Shown: positions 28,815 through 40,900 of the stretch, piece after piece
Layout: each line of letters opens with the position of its first letter
Position numbering within the stretch: position 1 is the first letter of the stretch
IMG/VR virus record: IMGVR_UViG_3300028197_001183
Span: 27,220 to 91,219 of that record
DNA from: a virus
Lineage: Duplodnaviria > Caudoviricetes
DNA: 64,000 nt
Strand: one strand, 5' to 3'
Made by a program: the position numbers and the translations under genes
The notes under the pieces: model-generated
Seen by the model: only the letters and a program-made list of their open reading frames with translations
Told to the model about the DNA's origin: nothing
Database searches by the model: none

Positions 28815-30298
28815 TAGACAACCACGAGATTACCGACCATTCCAGAGTGAATGGTGCATTGATAGACATATGATGTGCCTGCTGCAAGCGTCATAGGCAC
28901 TGTCCAGTATTGGACACCACTTTGTGATCCACTCACACCAGCACTTACAGCAGATCCACCACTCGTCTGTCTCAGAGCAAATGGGTGACCACCACCAGTG
29001 GTGTTGTTAAATCTGTATGTGAATCCACGATAGACATAGATGGTTGGGTTTCCACTTCCACTCCATCCGCCGTTGCTGAAGTTATATCCAGCACTTGTGC
29101 TTCCAGAAATCTCGAAACCAACAGCAGCAGATGAAACAGCTTCAACTTCACCACTTGCATTAGTAATGAAACTCTGATTCTCTGACAGAGTAACGCCACT
29201 AGCAAGAAACAGATCAGCAGCAATACTAACAGTGTTAGCAGTAACAGTTGTTGTTACACCGTTACCACCACTTACTGCCAATGATCCAGTAATGGAGCTG
29301 GAAGTAGTAGTGCCGCTATCACCAGTTACTGTTGCAAAAATGTTTTGATCAGCGTTAGGTGAATCATTGGTGATTGTCAGATTATCGCCATTAATAGCAG
29401 TAGAGACCCCAGTGCCACCAACAAAATTAACAGTGGTAGTAGCAGAATTGGCAGTTTTAGATCCAGAGTCAGATCCAATCACCGAGAAAAGGTTTTGATC
29501 AACATCACCTAACGTCCCAGTCATTGCAATTGTTAATGTATCTCCAGCAATAGACGTGGAGATATTTGTGCCACCAGCCACAGTAAGCACGTCAGTAGGA
29601 GCACTCGCTGTAGTAGACCCCGTATCAGCATTGAAACCTTCAAATAGATTCTGTGTAGTGCTGCCACCACCAGATGCAGTAGCATCGTTGTCTGGATACC
29701 AATGACTATTGGCAGCAGACCACTTGAGCACCTGACCATCGGAGGGACCACCACCAACTGTCATATCAACGTCAGTGAGCTCACCAACACTAGATCCAGA
29801 GTCAATCAGTTGAATCCAAGCACCACCATGTGCAAAGTATCCATGATTTTCAGCATGGACATGAGCAAACATACCATGATGATCTGCTGCTGCAGGGAGA
29901 TCTGCCGTAGTGTCAAAATGGTTTGTATACTTTAACTTACCGTCCGTGCCATCGATATATGTCAGAGCACTTCCAGTGCCACCCGCCCAAAACTTAATAT
30001 CACCACTACCATGAGGTTTGATGACTACATCACCATTAGCGGTAGATCCGATCTCAAATCCACCAACGTCTAAGTTTGAAGTTAGTGTGTCAAAATTTCC
30101 CTCAGCAAATTGAGATCCATTCCATTTCAACAACTGCCCTGCGGAAGGGGTGCCAACATTCACCAACAGGTTGGTGTCATTACCAAGAGCGGTATATAAT
30201 TCGTCAATTACGCTATTCAGTTTGATAGCACCATCTCTGAGACTATCACCTGTTCCGTCATTTGCTGACGATCCAATACTAAGATTCTGTTTTGCCAT
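28814..30298 (-). CDS. gp9/gp10-like baseplate-fibre connector with C-terminal cupredoxin-like motif
   Basis: N-terminus IGSSANDGTGDSLRDGAIKLNSVIDELY (T4 gp9/10 N-domain); C-terminus GHPF...YQCTIHSGMVG. Confidence 0.85.
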   Translation of the reverse strand: MAKQNLSIGSSANDGTGDSLRDGAIKLNSVIDELYTALGNDTNLLVNVGTPSAGQLLKWNGSQFAEGNFDTLTSNLDVGGFEIGSTANGDVVIKPHGSGDIKFWAGGTGSALTYIDGTDGKLKYTNHFDTTADLPAAADHHGMFAHVHAENHGYFAHGGAWIQLIDSGSSVGELTDVDMTVGGGPSDGQVLKWSAANSHWYPDNDATASGGGSTTQNLFEGFNADTGSTTASAPTDVLTVAGGTNISTSIAGDTLTIAMTGTLGDVDQNLFSVIGSDSGSKTANSATTTVNFVGGTGVSTAINGDNLTITNDSPNADQNIFATVTGDSGTTTSSSITGSLAVSGGNGVTTTVTANTVSIAADLFLASGVTLSENQSFITNASGEVEAVSSAAVGFEISGSTSAGYNFSNGGWSGSGNPTIYVYRGFTYRFNNTTGGGHPFALRQTSGGSAVSAGVSGSQSGVQYWTVPMTLAAGTSYVYQCTIHSGMVGNLVVV

Positions 30299-30320
30299 GG
30301 TGGGTAGATTTCTACAGTGT

Positions 30321-30327
30321 TATTTAG
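30321..30327 (-). promoter_or_regulatory. Late-promoter variant (CTAAATA)
   Basis: CTAAATA about 22 nt upstream of ATG 30298; the same variant lies at 31925-31931 and 61904-61910, upstream of other structural genes. Confidence 0.55.
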
Positions 30328-31913
30328 GTGCCATCGAAGGTTTGTGCCGTAGAGTCAAGAGTACTCGACGTGCTATCGAATCTATTAGCGGTAGATCCGC
30401 TGCCACCGCCAGATCCAGTAACAGTCAATGTTGCTGCATTGGAGTCAAGTGGTGAGTTTTGTGCTTGAGTTGATACTCCAAGAGGACCGATGATACGACA
30501 ACGGAATCTGTATCCCGTCATATATGTAAGGACGCTGAGAGTATAAGAGTTTGTAGTTGCTCCTGTAATAGCAGCAAATGCGAAACCGCCATCTGTGGAG
30601 CGATACCACTGATAAGCAATAGGTCCGTTTTCTGGACTGATCTCTGCCTGCACAGAGAATGTTGCTGTTTCTCCTGGGTTTGCCGAAGCATTCTGAGGTT
30701 GGTTTGTAAATACCAGAGTTGGGAGGACTGGTGGTCCACCGTCACCACCACCATCAGGGGGAGCTGCAGGTGCTTGTAATGTAAATCCAGTATTGATAGT
30801 CTCTCGTGTCGAGGTCCCAATCATATATGGAAACTCAGGAGCATCAATATCGTCTGGGTCTACAGATAGAAAATACGCATAGGTTCCAGTCTGGAATTCT
30901 GGAGTAATGCAAAATCTACCATTATGGATGTCTAGGTCACCCGTTGCCTCAATATACTCCCAGTCCTGCACCAGAGCGCCTGCAGGGGGGTTTTGAATGG
31001 TGTTACCATAGTCAGGTCTACCTGATGTCTCAACTGATTTAGTTGAGAAAGAAGACTGCATAATTCTGGGAGTGGACAGATTATCCCATGAAGATGCATA
31101 AGCATACGGACCATAGATTGGGAATCCGTCAAATGCAATACCAACGATCTTGGAATGTCCGTCAGGATGTCTCAGGTTGTCACCGTTATATTGTGTAGTG
31201 CCATAATAATCATTGTATCCTGCCATCGATGACCCTTCTCGCCAACAATCAAGGAAGTGTGTATCATGATAATGATACTGACCACTTTGCTCAGGATGAC
31301 CACCACAGTTATCATCACCAAAATCTACAGGAGACTGTGGGTAGTGTGCATTCCAACTAAATCCTACTGGAGGGTTTCCGCCAGCACCAGCAGAAGGATT
31401 AAACAGGGCAACGCCATTAGCAGCAATACCGATAGTGCCTAAAGGTGTAGCACTTCTACCGTTTCGATCATCATAATACTCATATGTGCCGCTAGTTAGA
31501 GACTCTTGGTCTCTCATAATAAGGTCAAGTCTATCTGATGTTGCTAACCAACATTCGTTTTCAATAGATGTAAAGGTAGTGCCTTTATAAAGGAATACTC
31601 TTTTAATACCATCACTGAAGGTAAACATAAGTCTGTCACCCACTTGGATCTCGCTGTTAAACAACGAGTTATCATTACCAGATATGACTATAGACCTAAG
31701 GAATCCGTCTTGATTCCAAACGTTAGTGTCGAATGTGCGACTAATACCAAAGGTCCCACCACGGTAAACGAAAGCATGATCGAAATCTTGCTCCGTTACT
31801 GTGTTTGGGTTATTGGCGTTAGGAAACGTGCCAAACCCCACAGGAGCGGGAAGACCATCCGCCGCTACTGTGAGAATTTCAGTGGCATTGTTATAACTTG
31901 CAGTTGCCCCCAT
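30324..31913 (-). CDS. YHYH-domain protein with C-terminal Ig-like domain
   Basis: IGIAANGVALFNP, DNCGGHP..GQYHYH, GIAFDGFPIYGP, DLDIHNGRF; Ig-like QPQNASANPGETATFSV...YQWYRS...YRFRCRI. Confidence 0.88.
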   Translation of the reverse strand: MGATASYNNATEILTVAADGLPAPVGFGTFPNANNPNTVTEQDFDHAFVYRGGTFGISRTFDTNVWNQDGFLRSIVISGNDNSLFNSEIQVGDRLMFTFSDGIKRVFLYKGTTFTSIENECWLATSDRLDLIMRDQESLTSGTYEYYDDRNGRSATPLGTIGIAANGVALFNPSAGAGGNPPVGFSWNAHYPQSPVDFGDDNCGGHPEQSGQYHYHDTHFLDCWREGSSMAGYNDYYGTTQYNGDNLRHPDGHSKIVGIAFDGFPIYGPYAYASSWDNLSTPRIMQSSFSTKSVETSGRPDYGNTIQNPPAGALVQDWEYIEATGDLDIHNGRFCITPEFQTGTYAYFLSVDPDDIDAPEFPYMIGTSTRETINTGFTLQAPAAPPDGGGDGGPPVLPTLVFTNQPQNASANPGETATFSVQAEISPENGPIAYQWYRSTDGGFAFAAITGATTNSYTLSVLTYMTGYRFRCRIIGPLGVSTQAQNSPLDSNAATLTVTGSGGGSGSTANRFDSTSSTLDSTAQTFDGT

Positions 31914-31927
31914 GGTTTTACTTTTAT

Positions 31928-34900
31928 TTAGATGTCATCGAAGATTGATGCTGGGTTGAAGTTACTAATTACAGTAGCTCCAGTCTGCACCGTAAGTACT
32001 GCGCTCAGTGAGTAGACAGGCGTTGCACCTGCAGCAGTAATTGCAACTCTGTATTCGTCACCATCGTCTGCCTGAGCGGCATCGTTGGTGTTGAATGTTG
32101 ACTGGTTAGCACCGATGATGTTACTCCAGGTCTGAGTGCCATATTCCTTCTTCTGCCACTGGTAGTTGAGTTGCTGACTGTTTGTGACAGTAGCAGCAAC
32201 CGTGAAGGATGCAGTCTGACCTTGGTTAACTGTTACGTTTACAGGATCCTGAATGATCGCAATCGTGCCAGCAGTAATCGTAGTGGTGTCGCCATCAATT
32301 GCCTCATCAGCGTTGTAGATATCTCTACCACCGTTGACAGGCGTGCCCGAAGGATTAATAAAGTCGTCTGGGACAATGTTATCAATCTGGACTAATGGTT
32401 GCAGATAAGAAGTGCCAGGGGTCTTCACGTCAATGCGTGTGATGCCCATGAGTGCCTTGATACGACCATCAAAACCAGAGGATGAAATCACGTCCACGTT
32501 AGGGCGTGAGGTGTAACCATCACCAGAGTTGGTGAGAAGTGCAGTATTCAACTGACCCGAGCGGATAGTTGCCAATGCAGCAGCGTTACGTCCCTTAACA
32601 GATCCCGTATATTCAAAGGTGATCAAGGAGTTTGAAGATTCGATCAGAGCAACGTCACGAGGGAATTCCTCACCGTCAATCTCAAGTTTGTCACCTGCTT
32701 CCACAGGAGGCACAACAGTTGCAGCAATCACGTCCGTGTCAGATCCAATATAGGAGAATCCGACGAAGGTTGATCCTGCGCGAGGCACTTCAGCAAAGAT
32801 GACTCTAGATCCGACAAGATCGTATGCGACGCCAGGTTCCTGAATGATACCGTTGAGTGAAACAATGATGTTGTTTTCTGGGCGAATCACGTTAGAAGAG
32901 ACACCCTCAGTCAGAGTCAGTGAGTAGAAGAGACCTTCACGTTTGAGGTTGAAGGACGACCGCAAGGAGTCAAACTCGAAGCTAATATCGTCCATCTGAC
33001 GGAGTTTACCAACGTAGTAACCAACGAATTCAGATCCAATGTCGGGTGCCTCAGAGAAGTTAATCTTGTCAGAGAATGCGACATAGGAGTTGTTACCGCC
33101 AGGAGGTTGCAGGATACCGTTGACGAAGATGAGCATGTGACCAGCGGGATCTGGGAAGTATGCTTCACCGTTGCTGATCGTAAGATCAAACTGTGTCTGA
33201 GCACCGTCGAAACCACGGAAGTAGCGATCAACACGACCCTCAAGCGTGCGTGCCTTAGCAATCACACCACCCCAACCATAGTCAGAAATGACGGTCATGT
33301 TGTCAAGGAAGTTGCCTTTAACATTTTCCAACCAGACGGTTGCGGTGATACCCTGCTGGTTGATAGCAGCCACGCGCCCGTAAGAGTTATATGCAGTGTC
33401 TGTGATCGTAGTAACATTAGCATAGATGCTTGGGAAGTTACTACCAATATCAAGTTTACCGATGTTATTACCACCCGTGGTAAGAGCATTGATATCTTCA
33501 CCAGTGCCCACAGGAATCAAGTTACCGATAAACAAGCGATGGATTCCATAGTTTGGATCGGCAGGATCTATGTTGATGCCATTGATATATTGAGTTACCG
33601 TTGCACGGAAACCAGGATCTTTCAATGTGGTGCCTTGTAGGAGGACAACCTCATCACCCACGCGGAATGTGTCAGCAACACCCGTATCAACAATTGCAGT
33701 GCCAAGCTCCAACTGATAGATGTTGGTGCCATGGATATACTGGTTAAGTTGAATCTGCGTACCAGAGAGACCCTTAATTTCAAGGATGTAGTCAGTGACG
33801 CTACCGTAGATAATATCGCCAGTAGACCATGCATCTCCGATGGTTTCAACGTCAATCGTAATACGACCACCGTCATTACCTGTAAGAGATCCAGACTTAT
33901 TGGCATATGTATTAGCGTATGCCTCAACAGCAGATGCTTTATCAAACAACCAGTCGCCTTGTGCGAATGATCCCTTCTCGACGTTGATTAACATGCGAGA
34001 ATCGAAGGAAGTAACTTCAGCAGTCGTGCCGCTATCAGCACCAACTAGGATATCACCTACGTTAATTACGCCCGCGACAGTAGTTAGATTGACAAAGTTT
34101 ATACCATCTGAATTTGTCTTGTCTGTCTGTAAAACCTGTCCAGTAATACTAGGATTTGTTTGGACTGTAACAATCTCACCATTCTGGAAGTTTTCATAAA
34201 CACCCAGATTCTGACTGACATTATTCAGATTATAACGAGTATAGAGTCTGTTAATCTCTGCTTGGTTAAGTGAGATACTACCAACTTCAGAGGAAGACTC
34301 AGAAGTGGTGCCGTAGATAACATCTGCGGGGTTAAATCCACCCTGGATAGGAGTCTGCGAAGGATCCGCTGGGAAGAGGGGAGTTGATCTATCGATACCA
34401 GTACGTCTGACGACAGAGAAGATCTGCTGACCAGAGTTAGTGGTGTCAACTTCAATTTTTCTAAATCTGCCATCGTGCATGTAATGGGCACCAACCTCAA
34501 ACCACTGTGCAGTGGCAGTCATCACATACCAGTAAGATTGACCAGTAAGTTCTTTGACTGAAGTCTCAGATGCTGGGATATACTGGAGAATATCACCACG
34601 ACGGAAGGAGTTTGTGCGATAGATTCTAACTCTATACTCGGCGCGGTCGAAACCAACGGGGACGATAGGAGTCAGAGTAACCAGAGCGGGGTCAGTGTTG
34701 TAGTCATATCCCAACTCATACTTGGTGCTAATGTTAACAACGTCGCTGCTAGGCACCCAGGTAACACTACCTTGAGTTGGGAATTTAGATGTCTCCAGTG
34801 AATACTCAATACAGTTGATTGAAGAATCCATAATAAATTCAGATGCTTCACGGTTATAATCTAGGCGACCATTGAGTCCTAACTGATAGGTGTTGTATGC

Positions 34901-37900
34901 TGCCCAACCTGCATCTGAAGTCAATTGATACAATACCGACTTGATATACTCGCGTATACGAGTAGTTGCATAAATTAGATGCGTGCGAGATACATCTTGG
35001 AATGCAATGAAGGTACCTTCACCATCAAACCAGTTTTGGACCAGTCCAAATGCACCTGCGTTACCACCAGTAATCATGTCATATCTGATTGCCTTGACGA
35101 CATCACTACAGAAGTCCACTGTCATGTTAGTGGTGCTGTAGTAGGTCACAGTTTGATCAAATGCTCTCTGTGCGATAGCATCCTTATTAAACAACAACAT
35201 GTTAGCAATACTCTTGTCAGTGTTTAATCCACCGCCAAGAGTATCTGTCATCAGATCAAACAGAGTATCAATGGCAGATTGTGGTCCTTCACATGTGCCT
35301 TGCTGATAATTGCTATTTGTGTAAGCGTCAAGTCTAGTTGTCCTAACGATATTAGACAACTGATTAATATTGCTATTTGCTGCGTTTTCAATTGTAGTGA
35401 TGTAGATATCAATGAGTGTATCGATAGCAGAAGCAACTTCAGCACAAGTCTGATTCCACTCAGCAGCAGAAGAGTCATATGTAAGATCCGTGTCTCTAAC
35501 TGCAATTTCAGGCGTGTATTTAATTGGCCAAATCTTAGGCAGCGTGGTAGCGCGGCTTGCAACGTTACCAGGATTACTAATTGCATCTGTAACCAGTGCC
35601 ATTAGATTATCAATTTCAGTTGCAACGGCATCAGCCTCACTACCTGTGTAGGCAGGATCAACCAGACGTGATCTGTAGTATGAAAGATCACCTGTTGTAT
35701 ACGCCCATGCTGTTGTTGATTCGCCCGATGGCACAGCACCTGCCGTAGCGGCAAAACCGCCAGCATTGGTGCCTGCCAGTAATCCACCTGCTTCATAAAG
35801 ACCAACATTCAATCCAGGTGTCTCTGCAGAAGCGATTTCGTTGCCATCAATCCAAAGTTTGACACGACCAGATCCAGAAGCAACTGTGCCACCAATTCTA
35901 ATCTCCCAAGTAATCTCATGCTGACCACCATCAAAGTAATCTGAGAGACTAGAGACTTGGACATCAAGAAGTGCGAGACCGTTGTCGGAGGCAGCAGATG
36001 CACCACCAGAATAGGAGTTAGCACCATTACCAGCACGGAGACGGAGGTATGTGCCACTATCTCTGATACCGATGTATGCACCAGCACTACTGTCACCAAG
36101 CTCCCAGAGGACGCCATCGGTAGGTGTGCCACTAGGAAGCACTGTTACACAACTACAAGTCAAATCTTCATCGTTGGAAATACCAGTTGTGGAGTTGGAT
36201 GCACTAGCAATGTCAGTTGTGCCATTGGTGAATGATCGAGTAATAACGTTGTTATAATCGCCCCCGAGAGTGATGCCGTCAGATGTAGAATTGCGAAGCA
36301 CCGTAGTAGGTTTAGGTGTTGAATTTGAGAATGACTGCCCACCATCCGCTTCAAGAGATCCACCGTAATTTGCAACGTTATTAATAATCTGACCACGAAT
36401 TGCACGTTTTACTAATCTCTTAGTTTCATTCAGAATCCAATTTACCTCTGTTGCCAGGGATGTAACGTGTGCAAGAGATCCAGAATATGTCGTATAGAAT
36501 TCAGATACCCAGTTAATCCAGTTGTCACCGTCATACTTGAGGTTGAATACCAGTGCTCTGAGGATATCAGTTACATCATGGACACAATCAATACTTCCAG
36601 CGGAAGTAAGTGAATCTGGTGTAGATCTTACAAATGTGTGAGTATATTGTTGACCAACAGGAGAAGCGCCAACGTTAACTGTAACCTGACTATCTTGCTT
36701 AATAACTGCGCCAGCGGTAGCACTCACGAATGCATGTGTATACTGATTTGCATTTGCAGCAACACCCACATAGCAGGTGAATGTGTCAGAATCTACAACA
36801 CTAACAATTAACCACTTATCAGCAGCAGGGTCTGTAGCACGAGGATAAGCATGGTTGCTACCATTACCATCCATTGTGCAAGTGAATGTAATTCCATCAG
36901 TTGCAATTTTAATTCTGTTTCCAGTTGACAACCCATGAGCACCAGTTGTATTGATAGTCATCAGACCTGAAACTGCATCATATGCAGCAGAGGATACATC
37001 TTGATTGGTTGTGCCAATTGCAGTAATTGCAACTGTTGTGCCGTATGCTGGATCACCCTTGCGTGGGTAAGAATGCTCACTACCGTTAGCATCCTGAGAG
37101 CAGGTAAAGACCAAACTATCAGTAGCAATAGACATTCTATTACCAACATTAAAGGAATGGTTAGGTATAGTGAGGACCATATCACCCGAAGATGCCGTGT
37201 ATGCAGCAGCTGTTGGGGCGAAATGCTCTCCACCATCACTCCATCCATAGCGAATAGCACCAGTCACTGCAGATACAAATGTATGTGTATACTGTTGACC
37301 AGCAGGAGATTTGCCGACATCAACTGAGATTGTATCTGCAGTAGTGTCTACAATTACAATACGTTTTTCATAAACAGGGTCAGTATTGCGTGGATATGGA
37401 TGGAGTGATGCATTACTATCTTGACTACAGGTGAAGGTTATACCCATTCCTGCAATACTGATATGCTCACCAATATTCAATCCATGATTAGGAATTGTGA
37501 GAGTCAATACACCAGACCCTGCAGCATAGGTTGCAGTAGTGGGAGTGAATTCCTTCCACCACATTGCACTAGCTCCACCGTTAATGCTTAATGCAGGATA
37601 TTGTGTAGTGCCTGCTTTAACTGCTTGCTCAGCAATCCAACGAATGTTTGCATCAATAGCATCACCACAGTCAGCGAAAATTTGCTCTCTGGGGTTTGCC
37701 TCGTATGAGGAAGGATCTATACTATTAGGATCGTTTCCAGGAATATAATCTCTACCAAAACCATTTCTTATGGTAAGAGTTGCTATATCTCTGACAAGTT
37801 TCATGACAGTGACAGTTGCTTCCCAGTCGTCTTCAATATGCTTCAGTGAGTTATTCTCAGTTTCAACATATAGACTTGTAGCATCCCATGTCTTCTCATT

Positions 37901-40900
37901 ACAGTTGTAGTTGAGGTCATGGACCATGGCATTAAGGATATCCTTAACATCATCCATGCAGTTAACAGCACCACCCTTGATCTGGAATGCAGCAAACTTA
38001 GACATATCATTCATTGTCTCGACTGCCTCATGTGCAATCAGATCAACGTTAGCCTTGAGTGCATTGGTAGCATCTTTATAACGATTCCAGTTAGAAACAT
38101 TATCCTGAGGATATCCTTCATCATCGATAGTGATGGTATCATCTCTAAATGCACCGCGAGCAGTAAACAGAGGTGTGTGATAGTCGTCTTGTGCCCATGC
38201 TGGTCCACCAAGGTCTCCTGCAACTTCTCCAGGAGAAAGGAGCAAGTTGTTACCTGCTTTCTGGGTAAGATACTTAGCGTGCTCAAATGCATCAAGCATT
38301 GGATTCAACTCATGCTCAACATGGAGCACATTGTTTTGATCATCTAGATACTGATCAATAACTGCTTCTACGTTGTATGTCCCACCTGTGCAAAGGTCAG
38401 CAATTACAGCAGGGAGAATGAATTGCTTAACATCTCTCTCACAATATGGTTGACCATAACCAGGAATCACCAAGAATTGTGTAGGAGTGCCATTAACGTC
38501 AACTTCATACTTATCAAGTATGTAACCAGCAACTTCTTCTGCAATGTAATCGCGGTTTTTCCAGATTAAGACACCAGTGTCTCTGAAGATATCAGGATTA
38601 GGTGCTAGGACTTCCAGCACTTCACGACCGAGAATATCAAACTCATTCTGAATTGAAGCAGAGGCAGGGGAAGAGAAGTTGTTAGGAAGTCTCAGTCTGT
38701 TTGTATAGGTGCCAGTCAGATCTGTATCAGTTGTAGTAATTACATACTTACAAAGGACGAATGTCTGATCCCATGCATACAGAGTTTGCAGAATCTCGCC
38801 ACCAACGTGCTTCAGTTTGCCTGATGCTTCAAGGTAAGTACGAGCGGTGTAAAGTGAATTATAGTTACCACCGTCTCTCAAGTCCTTGACAAGAGCGCCG
38901 ATGATGTAGTCTTTGGTATCCCTGATACACACATTGGTGCCACCATAACTACCTTCGGCCATGTTGTTGCCAGGGATCGTAAAATCAGGGAATGCTGCTT
39001 GCATTCTACCGACTGCCTCTTCAGCAATCCATGCAGCGTTAAGGTCGATAATATCAGCACAGTTTCTGTGATCTGATCTACCAAGGTCAACGTTTTCAAT
39101 GATCGCGAAGTTTTGATCGTAGTTGATCTCCTTAATAGCAGCAGAAGAAATACGCTGACCTGTGTAGATAGCATATGTTTCCTGATTATCGATGACGAAT
39201 GGTTGCTCACCATCGAGACCAAACATGACATACTGGTTAGAGTAGTCGATCTGAGTGGGAGGCACGAATCCAGTATTGAAGTCGGACTGACCATTCTTGA
39301 CAACCACGTTATCCATGTAACCAGCAAACTGATTAGCACCGTTGAAGTCAGATCCGATGTAGATAGCAGCGTAACCGTAATCGTTAGTGTCGGCATAGTT
39401 ACCACCAACTTGCACGCCATCAACATAGAGTTGCAAGACGCTAGTAGTCCTAACAACCGCAATATGATGCCAGTTTTGAGCAATTAGCGTACCACCAGTC
39501 AGCAGTTGAGATGTGCCATTATAAACTGTGATTGCACCAGAAGTCTGGAGAGTAATTCTCAGACCTGAAGCTGCGGACAGACGACGGAAGTCAAACAGAT
39601 GCTGAGTCGTGCTCAGGTTATCTGCTCTAACCCAACCTTGGACTGTAAAGTCTGCAGTATTACCAAAGGAGAAATCGTAACTATCTCTAGTAACCAGATA
39701 TCCATTAGATGAGAATTTGACAGACTTACTACCGCTAAGTTTCTTATATTTTGTAATAACACTTAGAGAAACGCCATTCTGGTTAGCAGTGCTGGAGTTG
39801 GTAATATACTCACCATCTTGGAATGATCCAGTAACAGCGTCAGCAAAGATCCACTTCAAACCAGAGTTAGATCCAATTGCTTCAAATGATGCACCGCTGG
39901 TAACACCAGTGATGTTGTCGCCAACAATAAACAGACCACCCGAGCGATCCTTATATGCAATCTTCGTGGTGCGGATGTTTTCACCAGCAACAAAGGTGCC
40001 ATCAGTGATGCTTGCGAGAGCGTTAATATTATTGAGATTTTGTGCTGCAATCGCAGTCGTAGAGATGTCTACGAGCGTAGCGATATATGCCTGGACGTTA
40101 GCACAATTCTGGATTGTTTCATTTCGGCCTGAGTAGTAATTGGGGTCGAAATACTTGGCAGTTGTGCCACCACCAGTGAAGACTGCGTTATCAAGTGCCT
40201 TGACGAATGCATGAGTATATCCACCACCACTACTAACTGAGTTGGCAGAAGCAGAAACAAAGGTGTGGACATACTGTTGATCTGCAGGAGATGCTGCAAC
40301 GTTGACCGTAATTGTGGTTGCAGTAGCGCCATGGATAAACAGACGACGACCAGCAGCAGGATCAGTAGATCTAGGATATGTGTGAGTAGTTGCATTAGCA
40401 TCCATATCACATGTAAATACCAACGAATCGTTAGCAATAGTCACATAGTCATTGATTTCAAGACTATGAGATCCAATGGTCAATACCATATCACCCGTTG
40501 CTGGAGTGTAGGTAGCAGCAGTTGGTGTGTATTGGACTAGAGGAGATGCACCGACGTTGACTGTAATTGTAGTGCCAGTCTCAGCACTAATAGCAAGAGG
40601 AGTGTTGAATGCAGGATCTCCAGCACGAGGATAGGCGTGGAAGGATGCATCGTTATCAGCATCACAAGTAAACACCAAAGAGTGTGGACGGACAGTAACA
40701 GTATCAGAAGTTGTCAGTGTGTGAGTGCCAATGGTAAGAACCATTTCACCACTTGCAGGTGTGTAGACTGCAGAAGACACGTCAAATTCTTGCAGATCAT
40801 CCTCACCACCATTATAAGTGCCTTGATATGTTGTAGGATCTTTCAGCATGAAACCAGTGACAGAAGTCCTGGAATTGACTTGATAATATAGAAGGTTGGT

